A stretch of DNA of 64,000 nt from positions 2,480,001 through 2,544,000 of the forward strand of contig MU053758.1 in NCBI GenBank assembly GCA_013239625.1. Direction: 5' to 3'. Positions 51,201-64,000 of this stretch are shown here, in pieces. Within the stretch, counting starts at the first letter, position 1, and every line of letters starts with the position of its first letter. The translations under genes were made by a program, and so were the position numbers. The notes under the pieces were generated by a model, which saw only the letters and a list, made by a program, of their open reading frames with translations, did no database searches and had not been told where the DNA came from. Source of the DNA: Lama guanicoe (lineage: Eukaryota).

Positions 51201-54200
51201 AAAGACAACGAAACACAGCAATTTATTGCACTTTGATCACATACTGTTAAGTACCTGGAAACAAAGATCCCCTCTCTCTTTGCTAAAAACAGATTCCCAA
51301 GTGTGCGACTTATGTTGAAGAAAATTATCATCTAATTAAGTCTAAATCTTTCTCCTTGGTATAATCAGGGAGATTGTAAGAGAACTAAAAAGAAAATAAC
51401 TTTCTTGCCGTGTAGATCAGGGTTTTCAAATGCCCTGCGAACCTCCTGGCACTTGGCATTCAACATTTTGGGAGGTATTGAAGAAAGATAACACGTGGTA
51501 GGACCAAGGACGGGCCTTCTGAATGACCAATCGCAGGGTTTAGATTTGGACAAATGGCAGGCCCTTGAGCAAGAGAGGCCAGTGGTCAAAATGTTATTTT
51601 CAGGATATTAACGTAACAGCAATGTATAAGATGGATCAGAACAGTGAGAAAGTGGAGCCAGAAAGACCAGCTAAAAGATCTAATCTAATCAGATGAAACT
51701 GTCTGCGTCCCCACTACCTTAAGGCCAACCTGATGGTTTCCAGACAGATACCTGGGAGAAAAAAATACCCGAAGAAAATCATTGTGCCTTGGCAACTCAA
51801 TAAAAAGGAACAGAAAAGTAGATCTTTGCCAAAGTGATCAATGGTTCTTCTTTTCAGCTTCCAGCTTGAATAGATCTTGGATCAGAGCTCTTTGGAAGAA
51901 TGAGACTGAGAACATGAAAGCCAGCTGAAGTCACAAATATTCAGTCCCCTGAAAGTGACACAGAAGTGATGAACTTTGGCTTCCTGGCCTTTTCAAGTTT
52001 ACTGATGATTTTCCAGTGTGGCCAGCTCTACCGGGGTCCCCAGATACTGGGGGCCCCTGGGAATCTTTTTATCTTTTCACCTAACAGAGAGGCTCCCGAA
52101 AGTTTCTGGGGTAGAGCAGGCACATCACAAACCCTGCTTTTATCCTTTCTCCCAAGAGTGTGCTTTATTTAACTAGGCCTCCAGTTTCATTGTCTGTACC
52201 ACCTGCAGCACAGGTCAGAAAACAGCTGAGTGCTGAAGTTGTAAGGGGCAAAACAGGGAGAGGAACATAAACCCCTGGATGAGTGGAAATATGTGACTGA
52301 GTTCTGTGGTTAACGCAGACCATTGTTCATTGTTAGGAGGCTGGGAGAGCCTCAGATCTTCACGTGCGCACAACTGCACTCATCAGATCCCCTCATCTCT
52401 GAGTTACGGTAACTTGAGTAGTGCAGATGATTATCAGTCACCTGTAGACACGATGACTCAATGTGTATGAAACTCAGGAGGGGTAAGCTACAGTAATTGA
52501 AAAGCCAACAGCTCACGTTTCTTTAGTAACACACTCATAAAAAAGGTTAGTCAAACCACAAGAGTGTAACTGCTCCCAAACCTGCACGGAGACTCTGGTC
52601 CAGCTTCGAGTCAAAATCGTACCACACCTTTGAATGATTAATGATCGCAGCTCCGGGCTGAATTAGAGGTTTTCTTCCAATGCAGATACACATGGCAACA
52701 GCAAGTCTTAAGTTTAGAAACCACGGCTGCCTGGTTGGGCTGTTCCCTACCTGGGATTCCTTTTAAAGGTGTCAATCCCTACTCTCTAGGCTTTGGTGAC
52801 TCTAAACTGAGCAACTGCCTGCCCTGAATTGTTACAATGTGGGAAGGGCATACATGGTTGTTGGTTTCTAAGTGCCAACTTGAAAGCACAGAATCACAGC
52901 CTAGAGCTAAAACGGAATTTACCTGAGTGCGTGGATTCAGACCTCTGCCTTCAGGGTCGACGGACAAGATCCACCACCCTGATCTGTTTACTCCTGTACT
53001 TCACAGCACCCAGCACTGTGCCTTACACATAACACTAAGAAGAAGAGCTACTATTTATTGAGTCCCTACTATATACCCAGTGCTGTCTTAAGTACATTGC
53101 GTATTGTCTCATTTTATCCAAGATGAATTCTCATCTCTTAGTCACATGAAGAACCTAAAGTACAAACGGGTTGATTGGCTTGCCAAGATTGCTCAGTTGG
53201 TCAACAGAGAACCAGGATGTGATCCAAGGGTCTACATACTCAGTATATGTTTGAGCATTAACTGCTGCCTCCTGGTTGCTACCTTGCCCACAGCTGCACA
53301 ATCCCACCACCAGCTGTGACTTCAGATTCTCTGCCGGGATGGTTCCCATAAGCAATAGAGAAGCAACTATGCTTTGTTCTATATGGACCAGCACCATGCA
53401 GTCAAGAAATATGATGTGCAGAGTTGTTGTGATGTCCGTAAAGTGCTTAACAGAGTACCTGGCATGTGGAAGCACTCAGTAAGTGGGTGGTAGATCTATT
53501 ATTATTATTTGCCTCACACCATGTTAGGTGCTTTGAAGAATACAAACATAACTGCAGTCCAATAGTCCATAAGATGCAGCATTTACAAAATTTCATTACA
53601 AATCAGTATCCTTAATACTACGTGGTGGAACAAAGTATACAGTAGCCAAGGGAGTAGAGAGAGAAAAATACAGAGCACATCTCAAATATGCCACGTAACA
53701 TGGGACAAATATTAATCTATTGTGTCCTCTAAAGTCTCCTTGTGATCTGAGGTGGTGCAAGTGATGGTGGTGGACAGTTACATATCTGTATCACAAAAAG
53801 CAGACTGTTAAACTCGCCTTGAGTGCAGAGGGAGACCAGGGAAGAGAGAGAACTTGGGCGAGTTTGGGATTGCAGACCATGGGCAGGTTTAAGGGCAGAT
53901 GGGAGGGAGGGCATTCCAGACAGTGAGCACGGAAAGAATCATTACATAGCAGTGGGAGTAGTTCATCGCCGCTGAATTAAAAGATTAGTTGGCTGAAATG
54001 ATACATTTAAAAAAGATAACTTAGAGACAGATTGTGAAAGGCTCAGAACGCCTGGGAGGTTTGGGTTTTATTCCAATGAGGAGCCATTGAAAGGTTTTTT
54101 TGAAGATGGGGGGAAATGATTTGAACATTAGAAAACGAACACAGTGCCGAAGTTATGGTCAACATGAGGGGGTAATGCGACTTATTCGGGTTTTCTTTAA

Positions 54201-57200
54201 ATTTCTTCAGGTCACTTAAATGTGTCTGCGGCTACCTCCATACAATGTCCCATGTATACCACCGCTTACTCTTACTCCAAGCACATATATCCCCCCAACC
54301 CCTGCAAAAAAAGGGGCAGGTAAGTAGGGCAAATGGAATATCTGATGATGACAATGGCTCTGATCTCAATCTAAATGAGACTAAAGTGGCTAACACCTCT
54401 TCCAGGAGGAGGAAAGCGGAGGGTAGGAAGCCACAGTACGAGAAGCAGAAAGGAGGAGAGAGAATAGAGCTGTGGGGGTGGCGGCGAGGAAAACTGAGCT
54501 GGAGCCCACATTCTGCGGCTGCAGAAGCCTTTGTCCTCTGTGAGATGCCATGAAGTGCTATGTGATAGTCAGCTGTCCTGATGTAGTCACCACAGTTCTT
54601 TTCTCAAGAAAACACACCCTGAAGAGAGAATGACTGCCCTCCTCAAGGATTTTTCTTCCACCAGCTTCCAATGACCAGCTCCTCCCTATCCAAAGCCCCC
54701 TGGGGAGCACACAGGACACGCACTGCTCTGGGTGACCTCCTGGGGCAGGACAGCCTTGCACTGCAGCACTTTTGAGGACCCGGGTCTGGTCCTGCTCTGT
54801 CACTAGCTGCATCCCTCCGTCTTTCCTAGCCCCCTTAAAAGAACTTCACTGGGTGGTTCCTAATATCCCTTCAAGTTCTAAAATGCTATGACTTTGGATG
54901 CTTATAGGATTAGGGATTTCAGCCCTTTGGGAAGGGGTGGGAGAAGATACTTTTTGCTTTTAGAAACAGGTATTAAAACTGCTTCCTGTCGCTCTGTTAA
55001 CCAAAGCAGACAATTTCTCATTAGTTACTTCACAGGGAGAAACGACAGTGTTTGCTGAAGTGTCAAAACCTCACTAACGTGTTTACCCAGGGTGAGTGAG
55101 ATCTTTTTTCATGTTCTTTGCAACATGAAAACTTCCTTTAATAAAGTAATACATGAAATAAAGTAATACATGAAATAAAAAAAAATAGGGAGATGCTATG
55201 GTAACCACTTCGGTCTGAATAACACATCTGTTTCTGGAGAAAGAATGAAAATCAGAAGAAGAAATATGCAGAAATGTAGTCATTTTCCTCCTCCCTCCAG
55301 GAGAGAAATCTGGCCTCTATTTTGAGCCAAGTATTTGAAGATGGCCTAGTTAGAAGTACAGTCAAGCAACTGGCAACAGGAGAATAAGATTCAGAGAAAG
55401 GACAACTCCTAAAGGGGTTAGGTGCTAAAAGTAAGGTCTTCTTGTCCTTTGGAAAGAACAACTAAGAATTATTTTGATGATGTAAAGTTGCTGATTTCTA
55501 AAGGATATGTGTCAATTTATTTCCCATTTGACAGAAAGCAATACAAAATCTCTCGGGGAATAGGGAATAGGGAATTTTCTCCTACTTGGGCAGTTTAATT
55601 TTACTCTGACTATGTTTTTGTGTTTCTATGCATTCAGACTTAATCCAATCCCTCCCTCTTCCTCAGTTCATCTCTAATAGATGAAATACGCCGTCTACTG
55701 GGAATTTCCTCTACCCTGCTAGGAAAGTAGCAGGCTGACCTGACGGTATCATTTCCCCTTTCCCTTCACAGTTCAAGAGATCAGGGAAGCCAAGGTTGGT
55801 CTGAGTGCTGTGCAACTGTTAGTAAGGATTAAAGAGAGTGACTCAGTCTTCCTCCACACTTTACCCATTGCCATTTCCCTGGCAGCTGAGTCTTTTCAGA
55901 AAATGGCACCTTGGAGAGGAAACAGAGGCAAGAGAAGAGACGGAGGGAAAACCTTAGCCCCATATGTTTGATATCACTTCATCTCACGTGCTGCACACTG
56001 TCATAGTGTTCCTTTTCTCCCCAATGGTAGTATTATTTTCTATCAAAAAGGCTGATTCCATTAAATGATTCAAGAGGTTTCTTGTACTTTAAAAAAAAAA
56101 AAAAGGCTCAGGGTATAAGCTAACGCTAGGAGATTAGAACAGTGCTCAGGAACCAGAATATCACGTATATGGCAGGAGCTCCAGAACCATTTGCCTGATA
56201 AATACATGGATGAAGCAGTGAATGAATAAGTGGTAGTGCCCCAAGTAAAATATATCAATGTTGAACTAATGCAGCTGTTTTATAGATTCTCAGATTTGAT
56301 GACATATTCCTAAAAAAAAAAAAACCCCTAAAACATATGATATGGTTTATATTATAAAAATACCATATCTGTACAACCTTGAGAAAAAAGTTATCTGAAG
56401 TTATTCATATGGGCTTATACACCAAAAGTGATGCTCATAATTGCTGCTTGTCTAATTCCTCTCACAGACTTGTGGAATAATGGAGCTGGGAGGGACTTTC
56501 TCGATCACTTCATCACCTGTTCGGTCTCCTCATTTCACAGATGAGTAAACAGAGGCCCAGAAAGGTTATGTGATTTGTCTAAACACACACGGTTAAGAAA
56601 TGACTGGAGTCAGAACCTGGGTCTTTTGGCCTCTAATCCAATGCTCTTCCTACTGTACTTTACCACAATTAAAAAAAAAAATATATATATATATATATTC
56701 CCCCAGCTTCAGGGTCCTGCAGTCCTGATGTTGGTGCCTCAGCTCAAATCAGTAGCAAACTCTCTGGGTTTCCTGATTCCAGCACAGAGAGAACGTGACG
56801 GTTCAGAAGATGAGAGAAAGCAGCACCTACAAGCTCGGCATCTAGTCTAGAAATGGAGGCATGAAAATCCTCTGGTTGCAATGGTAACAAACAAACAGAA
56901 TGGATCCCTGACGCAATAAGCAAAATGGCATGGACTTGGACGTATGAGACTTGTGTTTCCAAATCCATGAAAATACCAAAGCAACTTTTATTATATTAAG
57001 TAAGTCTTCAGCTCCATGACAGGTTTAGGGCAACTACGTGAACTAGGTATCTTCTCTCATATTTTAGTTTTCTTAGACCAACATGTGTTGACCGTAACTG
57101 GATTGAAATTAAGTCACATTACTGTTTTTTTTCTTGTCCATTTCTCCCCATGTTCCTCCCCACATCAGCTGCAGCTATTTCTAGAGTCAAAATGTCCCCC

Positions 57201-58786
57201 AAATTAAATTACATTCATGGTAGAGAATAGCAAGCCAAGCTTCCTTTTGTACCCCAGCCAGAACTTCTTCATATAAGAAAAGCTCAAAAGATACACGAGC
57301 AATATTTTAAAACAATTTCTTGGAATCACAACTGGTCCACTGTGCCTAAACTCCGTATGGAAGTCACTACATACCCCCTGACATTTCTCACTAAGGAGAG
57401 GGAGGACCATAAGGAGAAAGGGGGGTCTCTCTAAACTGAAATGCACCAACTTTAGTCTGACACAATTTATTCTTTTTTTTTAATTGAAGTATAGTCAGTT
57501 ACAATGTGTCAATTTCTGGTGCACAGCACAATGTTCCAGTCTGACACAATTTATTTTTAAAGTGACTAAAAGGATACAAAAACTTCTCAGCCGATCAAAA
57601 TAAAATAAGTAAGCATAAATACTAAGCTAGGTAGTTTTGAAACGCATGGTTCTTTCAGTATATCTCTGTAACTCACATAAAATTAAAAAATTAACTAGAC
57701 CAGAATTTTAAAATCACCTAGACCAGAAAAAAATTTAACCATATTTAAAAACCAGGCAGACACTTAATATCTGTAAAAGGACACAAAAGGACTGAAATAA
57801 GAAAACAACAGCAGCAGCAAGTAGCTTTGGAAAAACAGACTGACACGTTTCTAAAATACTGGTGTTGAGGGAGGTCTATTTTCGTGTGATAACTATTTTT
57901 GTTCAATATCACCGACTTTCAGTTTATAGCAAAACCAATACGTTCAATTCAGCTGCCTACTTCACAAAATCAAATCTATTTTAAATATCATAGTCACATT
58001 TATGTAAACACCTGGCAGAGTTCAGCAAAATATTTCTGCCATTTGGCAGTCCGAACACTTTAATGGACATAATTATTTCTTAGCCATCTCTTTCTTGCTG
58101 TATCTTTTGACAATGTGAAAACCAATGGCATAAAAATTAACTCCAGTGAGACAAATGATTAAATCAAACCTTGTTATTGAAATCTGTTTTCCTAACCACT
58201 TTCTTTTAAAACCAATTCTCAATCAAATTTAAGAAAATATAGTAAAACGTTTTAGAGCATGAAAAAGGGTTGAGCGTGATAAAGGAACCAACTTGTAAAA
58301 TATAATTACAAAAGATTACAAAAATGCTATCTCGAACATCTTACTGGTGTAAATTGCATAAATTCTCTCATGCAACATATGTCATTCAGAATAAGAGGAA
58401 GGAACAGCATTTTTAACACCAACCCCATTTAGGAAATTGGATACCAAATACTTCCATCTGCAGTAGTTAAGATTCTTTAGTTAAAATACTTTATTCTATT
58501 TGCTCTAGTTATCAGAATGAATCCTGAAGAATAGAAGTGTACTGTGGAAAATCAATTACCTTTTTTTAAAACAGAGATTAAACTAGGAAGGGTCTGTGTA
58601 GTAAGCATCCTATGTTATCTCATTCAAACTATCTGCTAACAACAGCAGGAAAAAGGGTTGTATTCTTACCAATGAATTTCTGAGGCATCGAGCTTTTTCG
58701 TTTTGCCACATTGCTTGCTAATCTGTCCAGAACGAGAGCTCTTTCACTTCCCATCTCTGCTTTGATGTGTCTTGCCTCCGCACTTG
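48244..58786 (-). CDS. IKZF3: Zinc finger protein Aiolos, last two coding exons (5'-partial)
   Basis: Minus-strand exons 58786-58670 (117 nt; [40 protein letters not shown]) and 48947-48244 (704 nt; [17 protein letters not shown] ... two C2H2 dimerisation fingers [25 protein letters not shown]). Phases match (ATT G|GT GAG). Confidence 0.98.
50670..50880 (+). mobile_element. MIR SINE
   Basis: GCTCTAGAGTCAGA...TGTGTGACCTGGGCAACTTACTTAACCT...GAACAGTGCCCGGCACCTAG. Confidence 0.7.
50919..51083 (-). mobile_element. tRNA-derived SINE (Vic-1-like)
   Basis: TSD CTC(G/A)CATTTTCTTT at 50905-50918 and 51084-51097. Confidence 0.9.
56480..56660 (-). mobile_element. MIR SINE
   Basis: CCTCATTTCACAGATGAGTAAACAGAGGCCCAGAAAGGTTATGTGATTTGTC. 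Confidence 0.7.
57472..57537 (-). mobile_element. Very short L1 3'-end insertion
   Basis: polyT-TAATTGAAGTATAGTCAGTTACAATGTG; perfect 18-bp flanking direct repeat AGTCTGACACAATTTATT at 57454-57471 and 57538-57555. Confidence 0.85.
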
Positions 58787-59593
58787 CTGGTTTGGGAAAA
58801 AAAAAAAGAAGAGGGAAAAGAACACGTCGGTAAATGGGGAGAAAAAGAAATAAACTGGAAGGAAACGTATCAGAAGTCTGATGCACATTCTATTGTTACC
58901 TGTTATTACTGCTCAGATCCTTGCCTGGGGTACCTCCTGTGGTCAGTGAAGCCAGCACCAGGGCACATTCAAATCTTGCAGCCTTATGCTGACATGGGAA
59001 AGCCCGACCCATCCCCAACCAGTACCTTCATTAGCAAGAGGAAGTATTAAATAAACAGCCTGGACGTGGTTGGTTGCAAAAAGATAGATAGATGGAGATC
59101 TTCTAACCCCCGATCAGCTTTCTTTCTGATTCTGAGTAACTGCGTGTGACACCTGCAGACTGATATAATTCTTCTTAACAACTTTGAAAAAAAAAAAGTA
59201 TGGTGCCCCAGATTTACTGCTCTGTTTATGCTAATAGCACTTTTGAAAATAGATACACTTACCCAGACAGCAAGAAATCTACTCAGTGATTTGTGTATTG
59301 AAATTCTGAGTGGTTTTTTCTTTTTCTTTTTCTTTTTTTTTTTTCCAGCATGCTCCTTTCAGTTCCTATCTCTTCAGTTCTATTTCTCTGGGCTCTGCAT
59401 TATCTGTTTCATATGCTCTTCACATTTCAAAACTGTCTCAGTTAAAATTTCCCTGAGCAACACTCTGTCTTGAAATTAAAGAGCAATTTGTATCATGCAT
59501 CTTTATTATATTTCTAATGAAAAATGTGAATAAAAACTGCCTAAGAATATGGTCTAATTGTCAGTCCACAAACAGACCTTTAAGTGGTGCAGG

Positions 59594-59770
59594 GCTGTGG
59601 TTCTCAGACCTGCCTGAACATTAGGAACCACCTGCAGAGCCTACAGCCACCTATGCACAGGCCCCTCTTCAGATCAATTAAGTCAGGATCTCTGGTGGAG
59701 GGGCCTGGGCAGTAGTATTTTTAAAGCTCTCCAGATGATTCTAAGATGCAGCCAGAATTGAGAACCACTA
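59594..59770. mobile_element. MER5A-like hAT element
   Basis: GTGGTTCTCA...GGATCTCTGGTGGAGGGGCCTGGGCAGTAGTATTTTTAAAGCTCTCCAGATGATTCTAAGATGCAGCCAG...TTGAGAACCACT. Confidence 0.75.
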
Positions 59771-59945
59771 GAAGAATATACAAATAGTGCCAACATTGAA
59801 TCAACTAAACAGTAAATTGTAATAAATACAGTACAATTTAGTACAGCAGGCAGTCCCCAATAATAATTTATATCTGAAGTTCAAAGAGATATCAGCTTTT
59901 CTAAACACAAGGCTTTAAATTTTAACACATGATACTAGCCCAAGC

Positions 59946-60154
59946 TAGGGATCAGTCAACTTTTTCCTATAAAGGGCCAGATAGTAAGTATTTTAAACCT
60001 TAGTGGTATTTTGAACTTTGTGAGACACATGTAGTCTCTTTTCCATATTCTTTGGTTTTTCCCTTGACCCACTACCTTTAAAAAAAAATGTACCCTGTGT
60101 ACATAGAGGCCATGACAGCATTTGGCCTTCGGGTCCTAGTTTTGCTTACCCCTG
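59946..60154. mobile_element. MER58-like hAT element
   Basis: AACTTTTTCCTATAAAGGGCCAGATAGTAAGTATTTTA start, TAGTTTTGCTTACCCCTG end; imperfect 8-bp TSD GCCCAAGC/CCCTAAGC. Confidence 0.7.
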
Positions 60155-63100
60155 CCCTAAGCAAACATGTTGTGATGCTACAAACATTTCCCTCTGTTTT
60201 ATCATAAACATTTCAAGAGGTCCAGACTAAAATGTTGCATCTGTACATTCCTAATGTCTCTAAGGAAGAAGAAACTGAAATTAGTTTAAGGGACTAGAGT
60301 GAAAAAGTAAGTTGATGATCGCAGAATGGAATTTTTTTCCCCTCAAATATACACCCAGATTTAGGAATTGTCAGTGCTCATTCTGTAGTTGAAGAGTTTG
60401 CTGTGTGAAGAGATTCTAACATACAGAAATAATGTCACGAGTTCCATGGTCTCTCAGACATGCAGAACCACAAATGGACACGCCCAGAGAGAAGAAAACT
60501 GACCACCTCTGCAGTCAATGAAAGACAGAGAAAGACCTCAAGGGCAAGACTGTCAAGTATGACCAGGGTGAGAGAACCAAAGTCAAATCAAGAAAAGAGA
60601 ATTCAAAGTATTAAATATTTTTCAATTTATTATTGGCATGTTTTTGGTTCTGTTGTTTTTTTTTTTAACTCCTTGCCAGTCATTACACAATAAATTATAA
60701 AGCTCGGGGTTTTGAAAATTCAAGAATAAAATGAAATCTGGCTCCAAAAATAAGGAAGAGGATGGTGATAATGACCTTATTACTGAGACCTTGTGAGTTT
60801 ATCAAAAATAATTTTATGCTCTAAAGAAATAAATCTCAACCTCCAGTTTAAGCTATAACAATACTATGTGTGCAAATGAAAACAATAATGGTCTGAATAA
60901 GGGGCCCCAGGCAGCTTTTGGGCTGGTGGTAAAGCGCTGGAACTTCAGCTGACTGAGCGTTGTAAGTAACAGGTACTTTAGTGACAGGACACTGCTATTG
61001 AGTGAAGTGGGTCAAATTCTGTCCAGCACAGGGATAGGTTTAAATGACCAAACAGGAAACTATTATACATATTATTTCCTTTCACACAAACCACCACCAG
61101 ATGTGGCACTACCCAGAGCCCCGAGAGCAGAGAGATGAAAGACAAAGGCCTGGGATTTGAAATAAGTTCCTGAGGCTGTTATAAGAAGGCTTTTTCTTAG
61201 AAGCATCAGGGAGGTAGCTTAGTTTGTGCTTTGACTAGGAACATTCATTCTGCTTCCAGCAACTCTGAGAGGATTAAATCCAGGTAAGGGTTCCCCCCCC
61301 CCGCCCCCCGCCCCACATCCACTATGTATTCATTATCAAAAAGATTTATAACGAAATAAGAATGAAAAACAGTCCTTTGGGAAGTTTTAACTCTATCCCC
61401 ACCCACTTTACCACTACTCTTATTTAGTCTTTTCAGTCACCCCTCTAACGGCCCCATCATTACCCAGAGATCTGTCCGCCCTGCCAGTTTAGTTTTCCCG
61501 TTTGGCTCTCAGCAGCCACTGTCTACATTTAACCAAAGTCATTATCAGTTACCACAAGCATCTTTCTGAGGACACATACTCAGTGTACTCTGTATCTGGG
61601 AGGATGCTAAAGCGGGGATACACTGACCTAAATAACATAATTAGGGCATGCCGCTAAATGGCAACCTTCCGAGATAGCATCATCTTTTATCCCTGGTTAA
61701 CTCACCAAGCTTGTCTTGACAGTCATTTCTAGGTAAATCTTACTCTGTAAACCAGTGACCAAATGACTGACATTTAAAAAGATAAAATTCTGGAGTGTCA
61801 TGGATAGACAGATAATTTGAGGCATGGGTGGAGACTTTTCCATTTCCACAACTCTGGTTAGATTGAAGCGAATCCTCTGAAACCACCGATCTAGAGGGCT
61901 TCCAACACCCTCCCACTGGGTCATTTGCACAAAATATCAACTCCAAGATTCCAGTCTTCATTGTATGTGCGAACACATTCCAGAGATTAAGTTAATCTCT
62001 ACTAAATTAACCGTATTTTCTAATTGGCAAGTTAGGCAAAGGCTAAAATTTCAGTTGGATATGGTGCACTCTCACTTTCTTCCCCGAACTGCCTTGCAGT
62101 TGTTGGACAGCTGCTGTACTAAAGGAGCAGCCTCTGAAACACAAAGAAATGCTCTGGAGTTAAGACAATCAATCTCTTTGGGATTACAAGGAGTTTAGGC
62201 AGTACACTGAAAAGGGAGGGGGAAAAAAAGGACTATTAGCTTCGGTCCTCTGCTTCAACTTTAAGATCCAACTGTCTATTTATACAAAGAGTCTAGACTT
62301 GTTATCTTGGCACATCACGTCTCAGAATGTTAGCGGAGGGAAACCAGTTTAGCAAGATAGTAAGGGAACAAGATAATGGGTTTAAATGACGAAATAGGAA
62401 ATCCGTTCCTGGGTGGTGTTTGGCAGTTTAATGTTGTAAGGGGTGGGTGTGGGGATATGGAATAATGGCAAGAAACAATTTGCACACTTGGTTCATGAGT
62501 GAGCACAGGAAGAGTGGGACTATAATTCTAGATCAATTCCCCATCATGTCACTTGCTTACTGGAAAAAAAGCAGATATACCAATTTTCATTTTAAAAATG
62601 ATTTTAAAGACATGTGGAAAAAATAAATAATAACATTCATAAGAAGTCATAATTACAGAATAAGTGACTATCTCTAATCTCTGCACAAGTGTTAATCGTT
62701 TCTCCGGTTTTCAGTTAACTGCACGATGCCATTTCTATCTGAAAATGACTGCAGATTTAACTATTAATTTGTTGTGCTTTTGTTTTTGCTCAGAATCCTT
62801 CATTAGATCTTGAAGTGTTAAATGGAGCTCAAATAAGAGGCATTGCTTCCTGTCTTCTGTGGTGTGGTCAGCAGTAACTAATGGAGAGTGGAACAAAGTG
62901 TGTAGTAAGAATTGTCTAACAAGAGATTGCTATCAAAGAGTGAGGCAGGTTCTAACAAAAAAGTTACATAAAACTGTTGCCTTTTGAGCAAGTAAAATGA
63001 ATATTACTTGTGAGTTAGTATTTTTTTTTAAGAATAATCTATTGGGAAAATAGATTCTTTAAACACTTTAAGCTTTTTCTTTGGACTGTTATTTGGTAAA

Positions 63101-64000
63101 AATATGTTTATCCTGAAATTCTCATGCTTATATTATCTCAACCGCAACAATGAGAATGAAGATAAAAGGTTTTGACTCCTAGATTCATAAATAAATTATT
63201 CAATATTGGTATTTCTAGAACTCACTGTCATACCAAAATATGTCCTGCTCCAAGTATTCATAATTTGTGTGAAATGTGCCTAAGTGAATCTCTACACCAG
63301 CTGTTTGTCCTTTTCTGGAATAAGGATCAAGCTAATAAGAAAATGAAATCTGTGGTCTTCTTTTCATACTATATATGACATTAAGACAGCAGACTTGGAG
63401 TATCCTGATAATGTCTGGTGCAGAAACATGGACTGAAGGAACACAATCACATGTGTCTCTATGAGACCTTTGTATTATATTAACAGATCAAGTGCCCAGC
63501 CCCGTGCTGGGATGTGGGTCCTTCAAAGGTAGGGGCTTAACTGTCACTCATCTTTACCAACAGCTCTGACACAGAGCCTGGCACATGAGAATCCAGGAAA
63601 CGCCCTTTGAACAAAAGAAAATAATTAGCAAGGCCATAAGTCCTGTTGCCCAACACGGCATGCTTTTGCAGACTGGTCTCCAGTCTAAGGCCTTTTCATC
63701 TGTTCTGCTTCCTGATGGGGGGAGGTATGTCCCAAGGCTTGGCTCTCACATTAGGCTGCACTTCAATTTACAAGGATCATTTGATGAAAAGCACCATGTC
63801 CACAGTGGCACATCATCACTTTGAAAGTTAGGGATGAAGGGATGAGAGGGACCACTGGTGACACCAGACTGGTCAGGCTCAGAAGGGAGCACTCTGTCCA
63901 GGTTGGGACCCCCAATTTTAAGAACGAAACAGAAATTGAAACCATGTAGGGAGCGGTGGCAATTATTAAAGGACTGGCTTGTGTAAAACATTCTTTATAT

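Noticed and set aside
55140..55179. 17-bp tandem repeat AATAAAGTAATACATGA (also a 12-bp doublet at 28789-28812)
   Set aside because: Ordinary slippage duplications with no sign of function.
61697..61976. Possible further IKZF3 exon (minus-strand ORFs and donor-like sites)
   Set aside because: No zinc-finger or Ikaros-like peptide in the listed translations; the preceding exon probably lies beyond the window end.

Overview
Mammalian genomic DNA covering the conserved ERBB2-MIEN1-GRB7-IKZF3 block (syntenic to human 17q12). It holds ERBB2 coding exons 2-27 (+; exon 1 is upstream of the window), the complete MIEN1 (-) and GRB7 (+) genes, and the last two coding exons plus 3' UTR of IKZF3/Aiolos (-). 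All splice junctions I traced are GT-AG and all frames are intact. The abundant tRNA-derived SINE resembles the camelid Vic-1 family, so the source is probably a camel, alpaca or llama (inference). The rest is introns and intergenic DNA with L1, L2, MIR, MER5/MER58 and Tigger2-type elements. I found no new gene, operon-like system or CRISPR array. The most unusual features are an apparent decayed copy of the ERBB2 transmembrane exon inside intron 16, a near-perfect 242/269-bp tandem duplication in an orphan CpG island, an old ~450-bp duplication between ERBB2 introns 7 and 9, a miR-4728-like intron end, an altered ERBB2 PDZ-binding tail (APV), a non-canonical ERBB2 poly(A) region facing MIEN1, and an out-of-frame ATG 5 nt before the GRB7 start. 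Comparisons with human sequence are from memory and need alignment.
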